Below, one piece after another: positions 9,738 through 19,925 of a DNA stretch of 64,000 nucleotides. Position 1 is the stretch's first letter. Every line of letters starts with the position of its first letter. Position numbers and translations under genes: made by a program. The DNA comes from an uncultured Fretibacterium sp. (GTDB lineage: Bacteria; Synergistota; Synergistia; Synergistales; Aminobacteriaceae). Under the pieces are notes generated by a model. That model searched no databases. It was not told the origin of the DNA and saw only the letters and a list, made by a program, of their open reading frames with translations. Where the stretch lies: positions 18,962 to 82,961 of the forward strand of contig CALGHA010000151.1 in NCBI GenBank assembly GCA_937915835.1. The letters are read 5' to 3'.

Positions 9738-11036
9738 GTGTTAATCATGATAAAAAAAAAGTTAGACGAAAATTTTAACCTGGAAACAATTTTATTCAAG
9801 TGTCGAGATATTTTGCGTCAAGCTCGAAACTCCGGCTCATTCTTCGACGACCCGACATTTACCGACGGAACATATAATCTCCCAATAGAAGCCCGATGGT
9901 CCACGATAATAAACGTCCCGGCCTCAGACTTGAACGTCGCACTCGATACAGCCTTACGAAGCCTTGCAGAAAGCAACGAAATTCTCAAAGGATGCTTTAT
10001 TGAGAACACATTCATGACCCGTAATTTAGCTCCAAATGACATTAAGAAAGTTGTGGACGAGGTTAATAAAATCAGTCATTTATGAATATTTCCTGAAGGA
10101 GTTTGCTGTAAACGCCACGAAAGAAGAAGGAGAATATTACACTCCTAATGATGTTGTACAGTTAATCGCCGCCATGATTGAGCCTTTCAACGGGACATTA
10201 TACAATCCTTGCTACGGTTCAGGAGGAATGTTCATTCAGAGTGCTGAACTCATCAAAGCCAAGCTGGGAGGTTTGGAATATATCACAGTTACATCATGGC
10301 TAATCCTCCTTTTAATCTCAAAGGCTGGTACAACAATAACTTGAAGAATGATTTACGCTGGGCAGATTACGACACTCCGCCTGAGAGCAACGCTAATTAC
10401 GCCTGGATTTTGCACATTCTTTCACACATGAAGCCTCTTAATGGGACTGCGGGATTTCTTCTTGCAAACGGAGCACTCGGAGACACCGACACAATAAACA
10501 TTCGCAAAAAGTTAATCGAGAATGACAAAGTTGAAGCAATCATAATTCTTCCTCGCGAACTCTTCATCACTACGGATATCAGCGTAACTCTCTGGATACT
10601 CAACCAGAACAAGACGGGCGGCCCTTATCACGGCAGAGTTTTACGCAACCGGGAACATGAAATTCTGTTTATGGACTTGCGAACGTGGACTGAAAACGCC
10701 GTTAAAGGTGAGAGCAGAAAGAAAATCAGGCTCAGCCAAGAACAAATTGACAGGGCGGCAGAAATTTATCACACTTGGCAGAATGTAGGCACTGACGGAA
10801 GATTTTACGAACAGCCGGAACTTTTTCGGAGCGTTGGGATTGACGAGATACGAGAATGCGGCTACAGCCTTGTTCCCAGCAGATACATTAAGTTTATCGA
10901 CCACGATATGAACGTAAATTTTTCGGCGGAAATGTACAGAATACAAAGCGATATGCGTGAGATTTTCCACGAGGAAAAACAGTCGCAAAATATGCTCGAA
11001 GAGGCTTTCAGGGGGATTGGCTATGACATTGCATAA
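9738..11036 (+). pseudogene. hsdM: Type I restriction-modification methyltransferase subunit HsdM, disrupted (two frame changes plus internal deletions)
   Basis: Three consecutive fragments (9738-10085, 10036-10344, 10296-11036) lie in frames 0/1/0. They carry, in order: an HsdM_N-like segment; YEYFL..GEYYTPNDV; a degenerate AdoMet motif I NPCYGSGGMF; motif IV NPPF; and the C-terminal NANYAWILH..GFLLANG..LWIL region. The ~55 aa normally between motif I and NPPF are missing (GIYHSYIMANPPF in the third frame). Confidence 0.8.
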
Positions 11037-12165
11037 ATATAAACTTGGTGAACTTTTAGAGCTTTCGAACGAACGGAACACGGAGGGAAAATTTACATTG
11101 GAAGACGTAAGGGGGATTTCAATACAAAAAATTTTCATTGAGACTAAGGCGGATATGGCAGGAGTGTCATTAACACCGTATATTCTCGTGAAGCCCGATG
11201 CTTTTGCGTATGTCCCTGTTACTTCACGAAACGGCGGAAAAATTACCATAGCCCATAACAACACCGACAACACTTATATTGTCTCAACCTCATACGTAGT
11301 TTTCAGCGTGAAGCGTACTGATATTCTGCTCTCAGATTATCTGTTCATGTACTTCAACCGCTCGGAGTTTGACCGTTACGCCCGTTTTCATTCGCTGGGT
11401 TCAGCGCGAGAAGTTTTTTCATGGGATGACATGTGCAACGTTGATATGCTTCTTCCGCCTCTGGATATTCAACGTAAATATGTCAATGTCTACTTGTCCA
11501 TGACCACAAACCAGCGAGCTTACGAAAAGGGCCTCGATGAACTCAAACTCGTATGTGATATGTATATTGAGGACTTGCGCCGGAAAATGCCGTGTGAAAA
11601 AATTGGTGAGTATATCGTGGAAGTGAACGAACGAAACGAGGCCGGGCATTATGGGCTTGAGGATGTTCGGGGAGTGTCAATTGCGAAGAGGTTTATCAAA
11701 ACTGTAGCTGACATGAATGGAGTAAACTTGCAGCCGTATTATGTGATTTCTCCGAATGATTTTGCGTACAACACAGTAACTTCACGCATGGGAGACAAGC
11801 TCGCAATCGCCCTGAATGACACTGACAACACCTATATATGTTCGTCGTCGTATGTAGTTTTTCGTTGCAGAGATGAGAACATCTTATTGCCGCAATATTT
11901 GATGTTGTATTTCACACATTCCGAGTTCGACCGTTACGCGCGATTTCATTCTATAGGGTCAGCCCGTGAAATTTTTTCGTTTGATGACATGTGCAATGTG
12001 CAAATCCCAATTCCGGACATGACAATTCAGCGTTCTATTGCTAATATTTACACCGTATACAAAGCACGAAAGGCCATCAGCGAGAGGCTCAAGGTCTTAA
12101 TCAAGGAAACCTGCCCCGTCTTAATCAAAGGAGCAATCGACGAAGCCCAGAAGGAGGACGAATAA
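11023..12165 (+). CDS. hsdS: Type I restriction-modification specificity subunit HsdS with two mutually similar target-recognition domains
   Basis: ATG at 11023 overlaps the hsdM stop (11034-11036). The track ORF begins at an upstream GTG at 10957. The gene has the two-TRD architecture with central and C-terminal conserved helices. Both halves share LEDVRG.SI...DFAY..VTSR...DTDNTYI.S.SYVVF...SEFDRYARFHS.GSARE.FS.DDMCNV. Confidence 0.85.
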   Translation: MTLHKYKLGELLELSNERNTEGKFTLEDVRGISIQKIFIETKADMAGVSLTPYILVKPDAFAYVPVTSRNGGKITIAHNNTDNTYIVSTSYVVFSVKRTDILLSDYLFMYFNRSEFDRYARFHSLGSAREVFSWDDMCNVDMLLPPLDIQRKYVNVYLSMTTNQRAYEKGLDELKLVCDMYIEDLRRKMPCEKIGEYIVEVNERNEAGHYGLEDVRGVSIAKRFIKTVADMNGVNLQPYYVISPNDFAYNTVTSRMGDKLAIALNDTDNTYICSSSYVVFRCRDENILLPQYLMLYFTHSEFDRYARFHSIGSAREIFSFDDMCNVQIPIPDMTIQRSIANIYTVYKARKAISERLKVLIKETCPVLIKGAIDEAQKEDE

Positions 12166-12169
12166 CTCA

Positions 12170-15100
12170 ATGTCTTACACGGAATATGAATACGAACGCG
12201 CTTTTATCTCAATGCTTGAAGGTGAAGGCTGGCAGTATTTATCGGGTTCAAGCATCACGCGTAATTCTCTCCGGGAAGTTTTGTATCTCGATGACATGGA
12301 AAAATTCCTGAGTAAGTTTTACCCTGAGTTAAGCTCCCAAGAAATTCACAAGATTATTGACCAGCTTCGTCTGATTGGTGCTCAGAGTGAGTTTGCCGTC
12401 CTTCATAAAGTGTATTTGGACATTGTCAATGGCTTTCAGTTCATAATGCATGGGCTTAAACCGATTAAGATAAAACTGATAGACTTTGACACTCCCCAGA
12501 ATAATATTTTTCGCGTTGTCAATCAATTCCCGGTCGAATACAGCGATAACGGCCGAAGCAACACCAGAAGGCCCGATATACTTTTATTCGTGAATGGAAT
12601 TCCTCTCTGCATAATTGAGCTCAAGAACCCTGCAGGGAATGACACGATTTATGACGCTTGGGAACAGATATATTATCGTTATTGGCGTGATATTCCGAAC
12701 TTGCTGCATTATTGCCAGATGGCTTGTATTTCCGACGGAGTTCATACCAGGCTCGGAACTGTCAGGACACTTTATGAACATTTTTATTCCTGGCGAAAAG
12801 TTAATGACTTTGAAAAAATTTCCCATATTTCTTATTGGGATTTGCTGATAAGTGAGCTTGAAAAGTTTTACAGCGCTGATAACGACGACAATATTTTGCG
12901 TTCCGGCAGTGTGAGCGGGCTTAAGGTGTTTCGTGAAAATAATTATTCACCTTATGAAGAGACTGAAAGCATGATAAAGGGAGTATTTTCGCCTTCAAGA
13001 TTTCTGGAAATTCTCAGGGATTACATTTATTTTCCTGACAGCATTTATGACAACGAGGAACAAGCTGTAATTTGTCGATACCCGCAATTTTTTGCCTCGC
13101 GTTTACTCAAGCAAAGCATTATTAAGTCAATCACAGAAGAGAACGGCAAAGGAGGAACGTATTTCGGAGCTACGGGCTGCGGAAAAACTTTTACTATGGC
13201 ATTTCTTGCGCGTCAATTATCTATGCGGTGTCCTGAGATTGGTTCGCCGACAATAATAATAATCGTTGACCGTGAGGATTTGCAGAAACAGGCCGCAAAA
13301 CTTTTTACAAGGAGCACGGAATTTCTGAATATTGGCGAGGTAAGATAATTGAGAGCCGAGAAGATCTCAGGACTGAACTTAGCATGAGGGACAGCGGAGG
13401 TCTTTACATATGCACGATACAAAAATTCTGCGACTGGGAAAACGATAAAATTGGCCTGATTAACGACCGGAGAAATATTATTTGCTTCTCTGATGAGGCC
13501 CATAGAACCCAGATTGAACGCTCACAACAAATTCAATTCAGCGCGAATATTGATAATAACATGAAAGCGGTTATGTCAAAGCCTTATGCGGAAGTTCTTC
13601 GTGAGGCATTCCCGAATGCGGCTTTTGCAGGATTTACAGGAACGCCCATCACTGAAACTTACCAGACTTTTGGTGAAGAGATTGACCGTTACACAATGGA
13701 TATGGCTGTTGCTGACGGTTTAACTGTGCCGATAAAGTATCATCCTAGAATTGCAAGAGTTCTTCTTGATGAGGCTAAAGCTGACGAGATAGAGGAATAT
13801 TACAGGCAGTGTGCGGAGGACGGAGCTTCATTGAATGCTATTCAGGCGAGCAAAAAAGCAATGAGCTCAATGGAGGTAATTTTAGGTGAACCCTCACGCC
13901 TTGAACGTCTTGCAACGGATATTCATGATCATTATGTTTCGTCGTGCGAGAAAGACCCTGAGAGAATACAGAAAGCTATGATTGTGTGTTCAAGCAGACA
14001 GAACGCGTATAATCTCCTGAAAAAATTTGAGAGCAAATATCCCGAATGGTTCATTGAGAGAAAAGCTCCTGAGGGTGTAAATCTCACTCGTGAAGAATTG
14101 CTTGAATTAAGGCCTATGCCGTTTATTGCTATGGTTGCCAGCGTGAATGTCAATGACGATAAAGATATGTATGAATATCTCGGCGGCCTGAAGAATGATA
14201 AACGCTGTGAAGTTTTTGATGCGGCATTCAAGCAGGAGAAATCTAATTTTTGTGTTGCTATAGTCGTCGATATGTGGATAACCGGCTTTGATGTTCCTGC
14301 TCTGACTTACATGTATAATGACAAGCCGTTGAAGAAGCACATGTTAATTCAGACGATAAGCAGAGTAAACAGAAAATATCCCGGCAAGAATTACGGGCTT
14401 ATAATTGACTATATCGGAATAAGGGACAATATGCGCGAGGCCGTGAAAATTTACGGAGGAGATATTTCCGTTGCTCGTTCTCCTGATGATGTCAAGCAAG
14501 CTGCAAAATTTTTCAGGGAAGAACTGTTTATGCTGATAAATTTATTCACCGGCTATGACTTAACGCCTTTTATGGACGAGAATATAGATCCCTCACAAAG
14601 ATACAAACTTTTAGCCGAAGTTGCGGAGTTCGTGTTCGCTTCGACGGAGACATTCAGCCTTGAAAATTACGACGGCAAAATCGAAAGAGTAACGTTGAGG
14701 ACATATTTCCTGAAGAATGTTACGAGGATGCGAGCGGCTTATGATATATGTCAGCCTTCTGGTGAACTTGCAAACGATGAGGCTTTACTCGCTCAGTGTT
14801 TTATGGCTGTTGCTGGACTTGTGAGGAAAATTAACTCTACAGCTGAACTCGACACCGACATAATGAATAGAAATGTCGCGAAAATGGTCGAAGAAGCCTT
14901 GAAATATAATAAGGTTGAAAATATTTTTGATGATAAACCCGAAGAGGAGATTTTCAGTCCTGAATATTTAGAGCAGTTACAAGATATAAAAATGCCGGCT
15001 TCAAAACTGGAATTATTGATAAAGATGCTCAGAAAAAGTATTAAGGAATATCATGAACGCCGGAGAAATATTACGCTTGAAGAGACCTGCGAGAAAATTA

Positions 15101-15507
15101 TAGCTGAGATTACGGAAAAGGTTTCGGAAATATTTAAGAACTTGAGAATTGACCGTGAGAGTTTTCATAAAGTTGGCCTGACATTCGAGGAAAAAGCATT
15201 TTACGATATATTAATGGCTATGAAAGAGAAATATTCTTTTGAGTACGGTGAAGATGAAACTTTTGATGACGAAATCAAAGTTAATGAGGAATGTAAATCT
15301 CTGGCCAGAAAAATATATGAACTTGTCAACGATAAATCTTCATATTCCCGCTGGCTGACTAACCAAATTACAAGGGATCAGATGAAGTTTGACATTAAAG
15401 TATGTCTAGTGAAGAACGGTTACCCTCCTCGCTACAGTCCCGAAGTCTTCAGGCAGGTAATGACACAGATCACGAATTATAAGCAAAATAACTCACACCC
15501 CGACTAA
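12170..15507 (+). pseudogene. hsdR: Type I restriction endonuclease subunit HsdR, interrupted by one frameshift
   Basis: ORF 12170-13348 has the HsdR N-terminal nuclease region and helicase motif I (GATGCGKTFTMAF). ORF 13384-15507 is in another frame and has motif II (FSDEAHRTQ), later helicase motifs and the C-terminal domain. The second frame is already open from 13276 and reads ..KIIESREDLRTELSMRD. One extra A near 13342-13345 would restore GEVKIIESRED. Confidence 0.8.
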
Positions 15508-15529
15508 TCAGAGTGTGAGCCTGTAATTA

Positions 15530-16144
15530 TTAATATGGCAGCAAGTTCCATAAAAGATTTATTATCGGGTCAAAGATTATATTGATTATTCCCGTCATCA
15601 GCAAGACAAGAAGCACAATCATTCCGTAACGTTCAAGCCAGTAATATACATGCAAATATTTATCGGGCAAAAACGCTTCAAGAACTCGTGAGCCGTCCAA
15701 CGGAGGAATTGGGATTAAGTTAAACGCCGCAAGTCCCATGTTGATATTGACCATCTGAAACAAAAATATCAAGCCCGCACGCCCCGTAATTCTGTACCAT
15801 TGAGCACCGAAAAAACGAAAGAATAATACCGTGATTATCGCCGTCAAAAGATTACCAGCAACTCCGGCCAATGACACGATGATTAAATCACGTCTGGGAT
15901 GCTTGAAATATCTCGTGTTAATCGGAACAGGTTTTGCCCATCCAAAGCCGACCAGCAAAAGCATAATCGTTCCGACTAAATCGAAATGTTCAAAAGGGTT
16001 CAGCGTCAATCTTCCGTCTCGCTCCGCCGTAGGATCTCCGACCATTTTAGCCGCAAATCCATGACAGAATTCATGAAACGACAACGCCCATAATAATGCC
16101 GGAATTGTAAGCAATAATCTCACCGGATCACTTAATAATCTCAT
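15530..16144 (-). CDS. Site-2 protease (peptidase M50) family membrane metalloprotease
   Basis: 204-aa polytopic ORF with HExxH (FHEFCHGFAA) and the NLIPIPPLDGSRV motif. A 4-nt overlap links it to the upstream TamB-like gene. Confidence 0.8.
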   Translation of the reverse strand: MRLLSDPVRLLLTIPALLWALSFHEFCHGFAAKMVGDPTAERDGRLTLNPFEHFDLVGTIMLLLVGFGWAKPVPINTRYFKHPRRDLIIVSLAGVAGNLLTAIITVLFFRFFGAQWYRITGRAGLIFLFQMVNINMGLAAFNLIPIPPLDGSRVLEAFLPDKYLHVYYWLERYGMIVLLVLLMTGIINIIFDPIINLLWNLLPY

Positions 16145-19100
16145 TTCTTGAATAAACCTCCTAATCCTTTTTGTAATCCCTTCTTGACTTCCTCTTTAAC
16201 TTTTTCCTCAACTTTTTGGCGAGTACTCTGCTTTTGATTTTGCTGTTGAGGCTGTGCATTCTGAGTTTGAGTTTTCTTGTCAGGGATTAAAGTCTCAATT
16301 GTCCTGTCGATAATTTTATCCTTCAAGCTCTCTTGTTTTTGTGCGTTCGTATTCGTATCAGAAGAATTATTTTGCTGAGCTTTCAACGTTGACGGACCAA
16401 TCTTCAGCGATGAGAATGACGGTGAAGCCGCTTTACCCGAAATCTTCAGCGTTACAACCCTGAAATCTCCGGTTGAGGCTGTCTTCTCTGCTTCCTTCAT
16501 GCCGCCGGATAAAAACGTTTTTATGCTATTCTCCAGGCCCTTAACTCCATTTTTCAAGATTGCTTCAAGTCCGCCCTTAGTTCCTCCCTGAATTGCATTA
16601 ATTAGCTGATAATTTATATTTAATTCGGGCGCTAGGTCTAATCTCACGTCTGAACCTCTGAAGTCAATTATCCCGTTTTGTGTCAGCTTAGCATAAGTGT
16701 AAATTGGATCTTTATTGGGGGCTTTGACGATTGAGCCTGATTTGAGAATTAATTTCCCAGTTTGAAGCGTTAAAGGTGCGTTGACTGAGGCGTAATTAAT
16801 CCCATTAGTCCCGTGAACTTTCGCAACAACATCAAGCCACTTGAAGCCCGTAATTCCTCCTGCTCCAGTTGAGAAATTCCCAGTGCCTGAATATGTTACA
16901 TTGTTTTTCGCGCTCCCGTTAATCTTAAGCGTCAATTTTCCCTTACCCGTAATTTTCCCGTCAAGTCCTCCTGAAGCGTCCTGAATTAAGCCGTTAATGT
17001 CAACGTTCGAGGCCTCAAGATTATTCGTGAAGCTCATAGTCTCAGTGTTGAAGGCAAATGAATTTTTCGCCGAACCTCCGTAAAGTTTCGCCGTTCCGTT
17101 ATCAGAAGTAAATCTATTTTTAGCATAAGCCAGCGGAAGATTTACACTCGTTAAGTTTATTCCATAGGCCTTGAGAGCTGATGATGTCAATGCTCCTTTT
17201 CCCGTTATATTTTTCTCTGAGCCTGACAGGTTGAAATTTAGGCTTGCTGTACCGGAAAAATCTTTATACTCGCTCAAAAGTTTTTCAAGTTTAAGATTAT
17301 TCCCGTTAATCGCAATGTTCAGCTTCAGAGCCGGAGAAATCTGAACAGTCCCGGACGCTTTGAGTTCAGCACCTTCAACGTCAGCACGTAAAGTTTTCAG
17401 CGTCAAGTTCTGCATATTCCCGGAAACGTCAGCGAGAAAGTTATTTAGCGTGAAACCTTGAGCATTGAGAGCCGGAACGTTAGCATTGAGACTGATTGAG
17501 GGATTAGAGTTTGAGCCGGAAATTTTGAGAGTTCCTGACAAATTCCCCTTCATGTCGACACCAGAAGCAGAAGCTAACGGCCCAAGTTCCAAATTCTTGA
17601 AGTTGAAGCTGAAATCCAGCGGGGTTTTTCCTGAGACTGACGCTAAACCTGAGCCGGAAATTTTCCCTTTTCCACTTTGAGCGTTAAGGCTTGAGAGCAT
17701 AATTTTATCGTCGTTCTTGTCGAGTTTGGCTTGAACGTCCGAGAATGTTACGCCCGAAGCTGTTATGCTTTTTGCCGAAATGTTGAGATTAATTTTGTCG
17801 AGTTTCGCTAAATCTCCTCCGAGTGAAGTCGTCAGCTCCAGATTTTGCGCATTAATCATGTCCATAGCCTGCAAATTTTGTGAAGACGCGAGCAAATTCA
17901 CTGAAGGATTGTTGACTGAGCCCGTAATTTTTATGCCGGCGTTGACATTCCCTTTAAGATTATATTGCGCAATGTCAGGAACGTAACTTTTCAGCGAGGC
18001 CGGAGACATTAAGAGTGTAGCGTTGATGTTGAGATTGGGATTTTCTGAGGGAAGAGGCCCGATTGTTCCGCTTAAGTTTATTGGCATACCGTTTAGAGTT
18101 CCTTCGGTCTTGGTGAGATTTAGAGTTTTATTAGCGAACGTGAAATCTACAGCAGGTTTCGTTATCGTCTGCTCCCATCCAGAAAACTCCGGACTGTTGA
18201 GAGAACCTGAGATTACGGGATTATTCGGGCTGCCTTTAACGTTGACTGAAGCCGTAATTTTCCCCGACAACTTATAATCCGACGCGTCAGGTATCATGTT
18301 TTGAACGCGCTTAACATCAAGCTCAACAATTTTTGCTGAAACGTCCAAGTTTGGAGCTTTCAGGATCGAAGCAATTTTCCCCTGTAAATATCCTTGAGAG
18401 CCTTCAAAATTAAATTTTCCGTCAACAATGGCCGTATCACTTTTCGCAAGTTTAAGCTGAGCGCGTATATTCGTTAAAGCTCGTCCGTTGTAAGCAATTC
18501 TCGGAGCCGTGAAGTTCACTAAGCCGTTTAACTCGTCCATTGTGCCGCTGATATTCACGTTGAAGAGTGAGACTTTTCCCGTTAAAGTTTTCAGCTCAGG
18601 AAGCCCGAAAATTTCATCAAGCCCGTTAAGATTGGCCTCACTTCCGTCAAGTTTTATCATGATTGAGTTGTCAGCAATCGCAATTTCCCCCTGAACTGGA
18701 ACGTTAAACGCGCTGGCTTGAATGTTATTGAGAGCAATTCTCTTGTCAAGAGCCTCATAGTTCACGTTTGAGCTTACTCGTTCAACAGGAAATCCGTAAA
18801 TCTTCGTCCCTTTGTAATCGATTGTCCCGAAAAGTTTTAAGGCTTCAAGTTTTCCCGTCGCGTCAACGTTGAAATTGGCCGTGCCGTCGAAATCTTCAGG
18901 CTTGAGCATTGCGGGATATAAAGCCGTAATTTCTTTCAGGTCAATATTCTCACACGAAGCATGAAGGTCTAAAATTTCGCCGTAAAGTCCTCCTGTTGCT
19001 AAGATTTTTCCGGAGCCGAAATTAATTTCTGAGTTGTTAATTCCCGTTAAGCCCGCAGATTCTCCCATGTCGATTTTGCCCTTAATGGGAATGTCATTAA

Positions 19101-19785
19101 ACGCCGCATCAACGTCAATATCAAATTTCTTAAGGTCAGCAATAACGTCATTAACTTGAAGAGTTCCGAACTGTGAGAAAAATTTACTCTCTCTAATCCT
19201 GAGATAATCCAACGGAATATCAGGTACAGGGTTTCCAGAGTCCGCAAAAGCTGGTGAAGCTGTAATCGTCAAGCGTGAGAAAAATTCATCGAGCATTGAA
19301 GATGTCAAATCGTCGTCCTCAATCTCGAACGTAAAATATTTCTGAGCTGCTGAAATTAATTGCTCAACGTCAGCACTAAGTCCGCCTATAGTGAGTTTAG
19401 CAAGCCGGATTTTTCCCGTTAAGAGAGCCGAGAAGTTCACGCGTCCGGATAAATATCCTGCTGATAAAATATTTTGTTCGTCAGGGTCATCAATTGAGAA
19501 TTTGTGAAGAGTGTAGCCTTTTACTGGATTGCCTGTGATTTTTTCGGCGTTCAGTGAGAGTTTATAATTTTCGCTGAGATAATTTTTTGCGAGTTCAAGA
19601 ATTACATTGCCGCCGATGTCAACGAAAGAGAAGATTGTGCCTAAAACTATTAGCAGGAGAAGTACTCCGAATAGAAATCTTCTGTAAGGTTTTCCCTTGC
19701 GATGATTGCTGTTATTATTATTTCTGCGGCTTTTATTATGTCTTGGAATTTGAAACGTTTGAATGTTATCGACATCGTTAATCAA
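16141..19785 (-). CDS. TamB/AsmA-like large envelope protein (translocation and assembly module-like)
   Basis: 1214-aa ORF with a TTG start. It has a basic N-terminus and a single membrane anchor (FLFGVLLLLIVLGTIFSFV). A very long beta-rich repetitive G/S/N/L body follows, ending in a Q/K-rich tail. This architecture fits TamB-like proteins of diderm bacteria. Assignment is by architecture, not by search. Confidence 0.55.
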   Translation of the reverse strand: MINDVDNIQTFQIPRHNKSRRNNNNSNHRKGKPYRRFLFGVLLLLIVLGTIFSFVDIGGNVILELAKNYLSENYKLSLNAEKITGNPVKGYTLHKFSIDDPDEQNILSAGYLSGRVNFSALLTGKIRLAKLTIGGLSADVEQLISAAQKYFTFEIEDDDLTSSMLDEFFSRLTITASPAFADSGNPVPDIPLDYLRIRESKFFSQFGTLQVNDVIADLKKFDIDVDAAFNDIPIKGKIDMGESAGLTGINNSEINFGSGKILATGGLYGEILDLHASCENIDLKEITALYPAMLKPEDFDGTANFNVDATGKLEALKLFGTIDYKGTKIYGFPVERVSSNVNYEALDKRIALNNIQASAFNVPVQGEIAIADNSIMIKLDGSEANLNGLDEIFGLPELKTLTGKVSLFNVNISGTMDELNGLVNFTAPRIAYNGRALTNIRAQLKLAKSDTAIVDGKFNFEGSQGYLQGKIASILKAPNLDVSAKIVELDVKRVQNMIPDASDYKLSGKITASVNVKGSPNNPVISGSLNSPEFSGWEQTITKPAVDFTFANKTLNLTKTEGTLNGMPINLSGTIGPLPSENPNLNINATLLMSPASLKSYVPDIAQYNLKGNVNAGIKITGSVNNPSVNLLASSQNLQAMDMINAQNLELTTSLGGDLAKLDKINLNISAKSITASGVTFSDVQAKLDKNDDKIMLSSLNAQSGKGKISGSGLASVSGKTPLDFSFNFKNLELGPLASASGVDMKGNLSGTLKISGSNSNPSISLNANVPALNAQGFTLNNFLADVSGNMQNLTLKTLRADVEGAELKASGTVQISPALKLNIAINGNNLKLEKLLSEYKDFSGTASLNFNLSGSEKNITGKGALTSSALKAYGINLTSVNLPLAYAKNRFTSDNGTAKLYGGSAKNSFAFNTETMSFTNNLEASNVDINGLIQDASGGLDGKITGKGKLTLKINGSAKNNVTYSGTGNFSTGAGGITGFKWLDVVAKVHGTNGINYASVNAPLTLQTGKLILKSGSIVKAPNKDPIYTYAKLTQNGIIDFRGSDVRLDLAPELNINYQLINAIQGGTKGGLEAILKNGVKGLENSIKTFLSGGMKEAEKTASTGDFRVVTLKISGKAASPSFSSLKIGPSTLKAQQNNSSDTNTNAQKQESLKDKIIDRTIETLIPDKKTQTQNAQPQQQNQKQSTRQKVEEKVKEEVKKGLQKGLGGLFKK

Positions 19786-19925
19786 TAAAAATCACGCCCC
19801 CTCAATATTAAATGGAATGATACAGAATAGTTTTCACGTAAATTATAAGCTATAAAACGTGATATAGTTACCATCCATATAAAAATTTTCACGAATAAAT
19901 AATAACAACAGGAGAATAAAAATTT

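Noticed and set aside
9752-9760. An A9 homopolymer two codons after the hsdM ATG, considered as a phase-variation switch.
   Set aside because: The tract is in frame here. The gene also carries two further frame changes and internal deletions, so tract slippage cannot toggle a functional system.
10641-11273. A 210-aa reverse-strand ORF spanning the hsdM/hsdS junction, the longest unassigned ORF in the track.
   Set aside because: It lies entirely antisense to regions with clear HsdM and HsdS homology. It has no SD or recognisable motif, and its composition is typical of a shadow frame opposite real codons.
13276-13384. Programmed ribosomal frameshifting in hsdR.
   Set aside because: No slippery heptamer or downstream structure is evident. 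The partner hsdM is independently degraded, so a mutational or sequencing indel is the simpler explanation.
9729-15529. Calling the type I R-M locus a mobile genomic island.
   Set aside because: It is AT-rich and accessory. However, I see no integrase, transposase, tRNA target or convincing flanking direct repeats; only a trivial TAATCA is shared at both ends. No mobile element is annotated.
19831-19893. Recurrent TTTTCACG / ACGTGA words upstream of the C69 dipeptidase gene (also near 4581), possibly related to the ACGT-core element at guaB.
   Set aside because: Matches of only 6-8 nt are expected several times by chance in 128 kb of AT-rich sequence on both strands. They do not extend to the 23-nt element.
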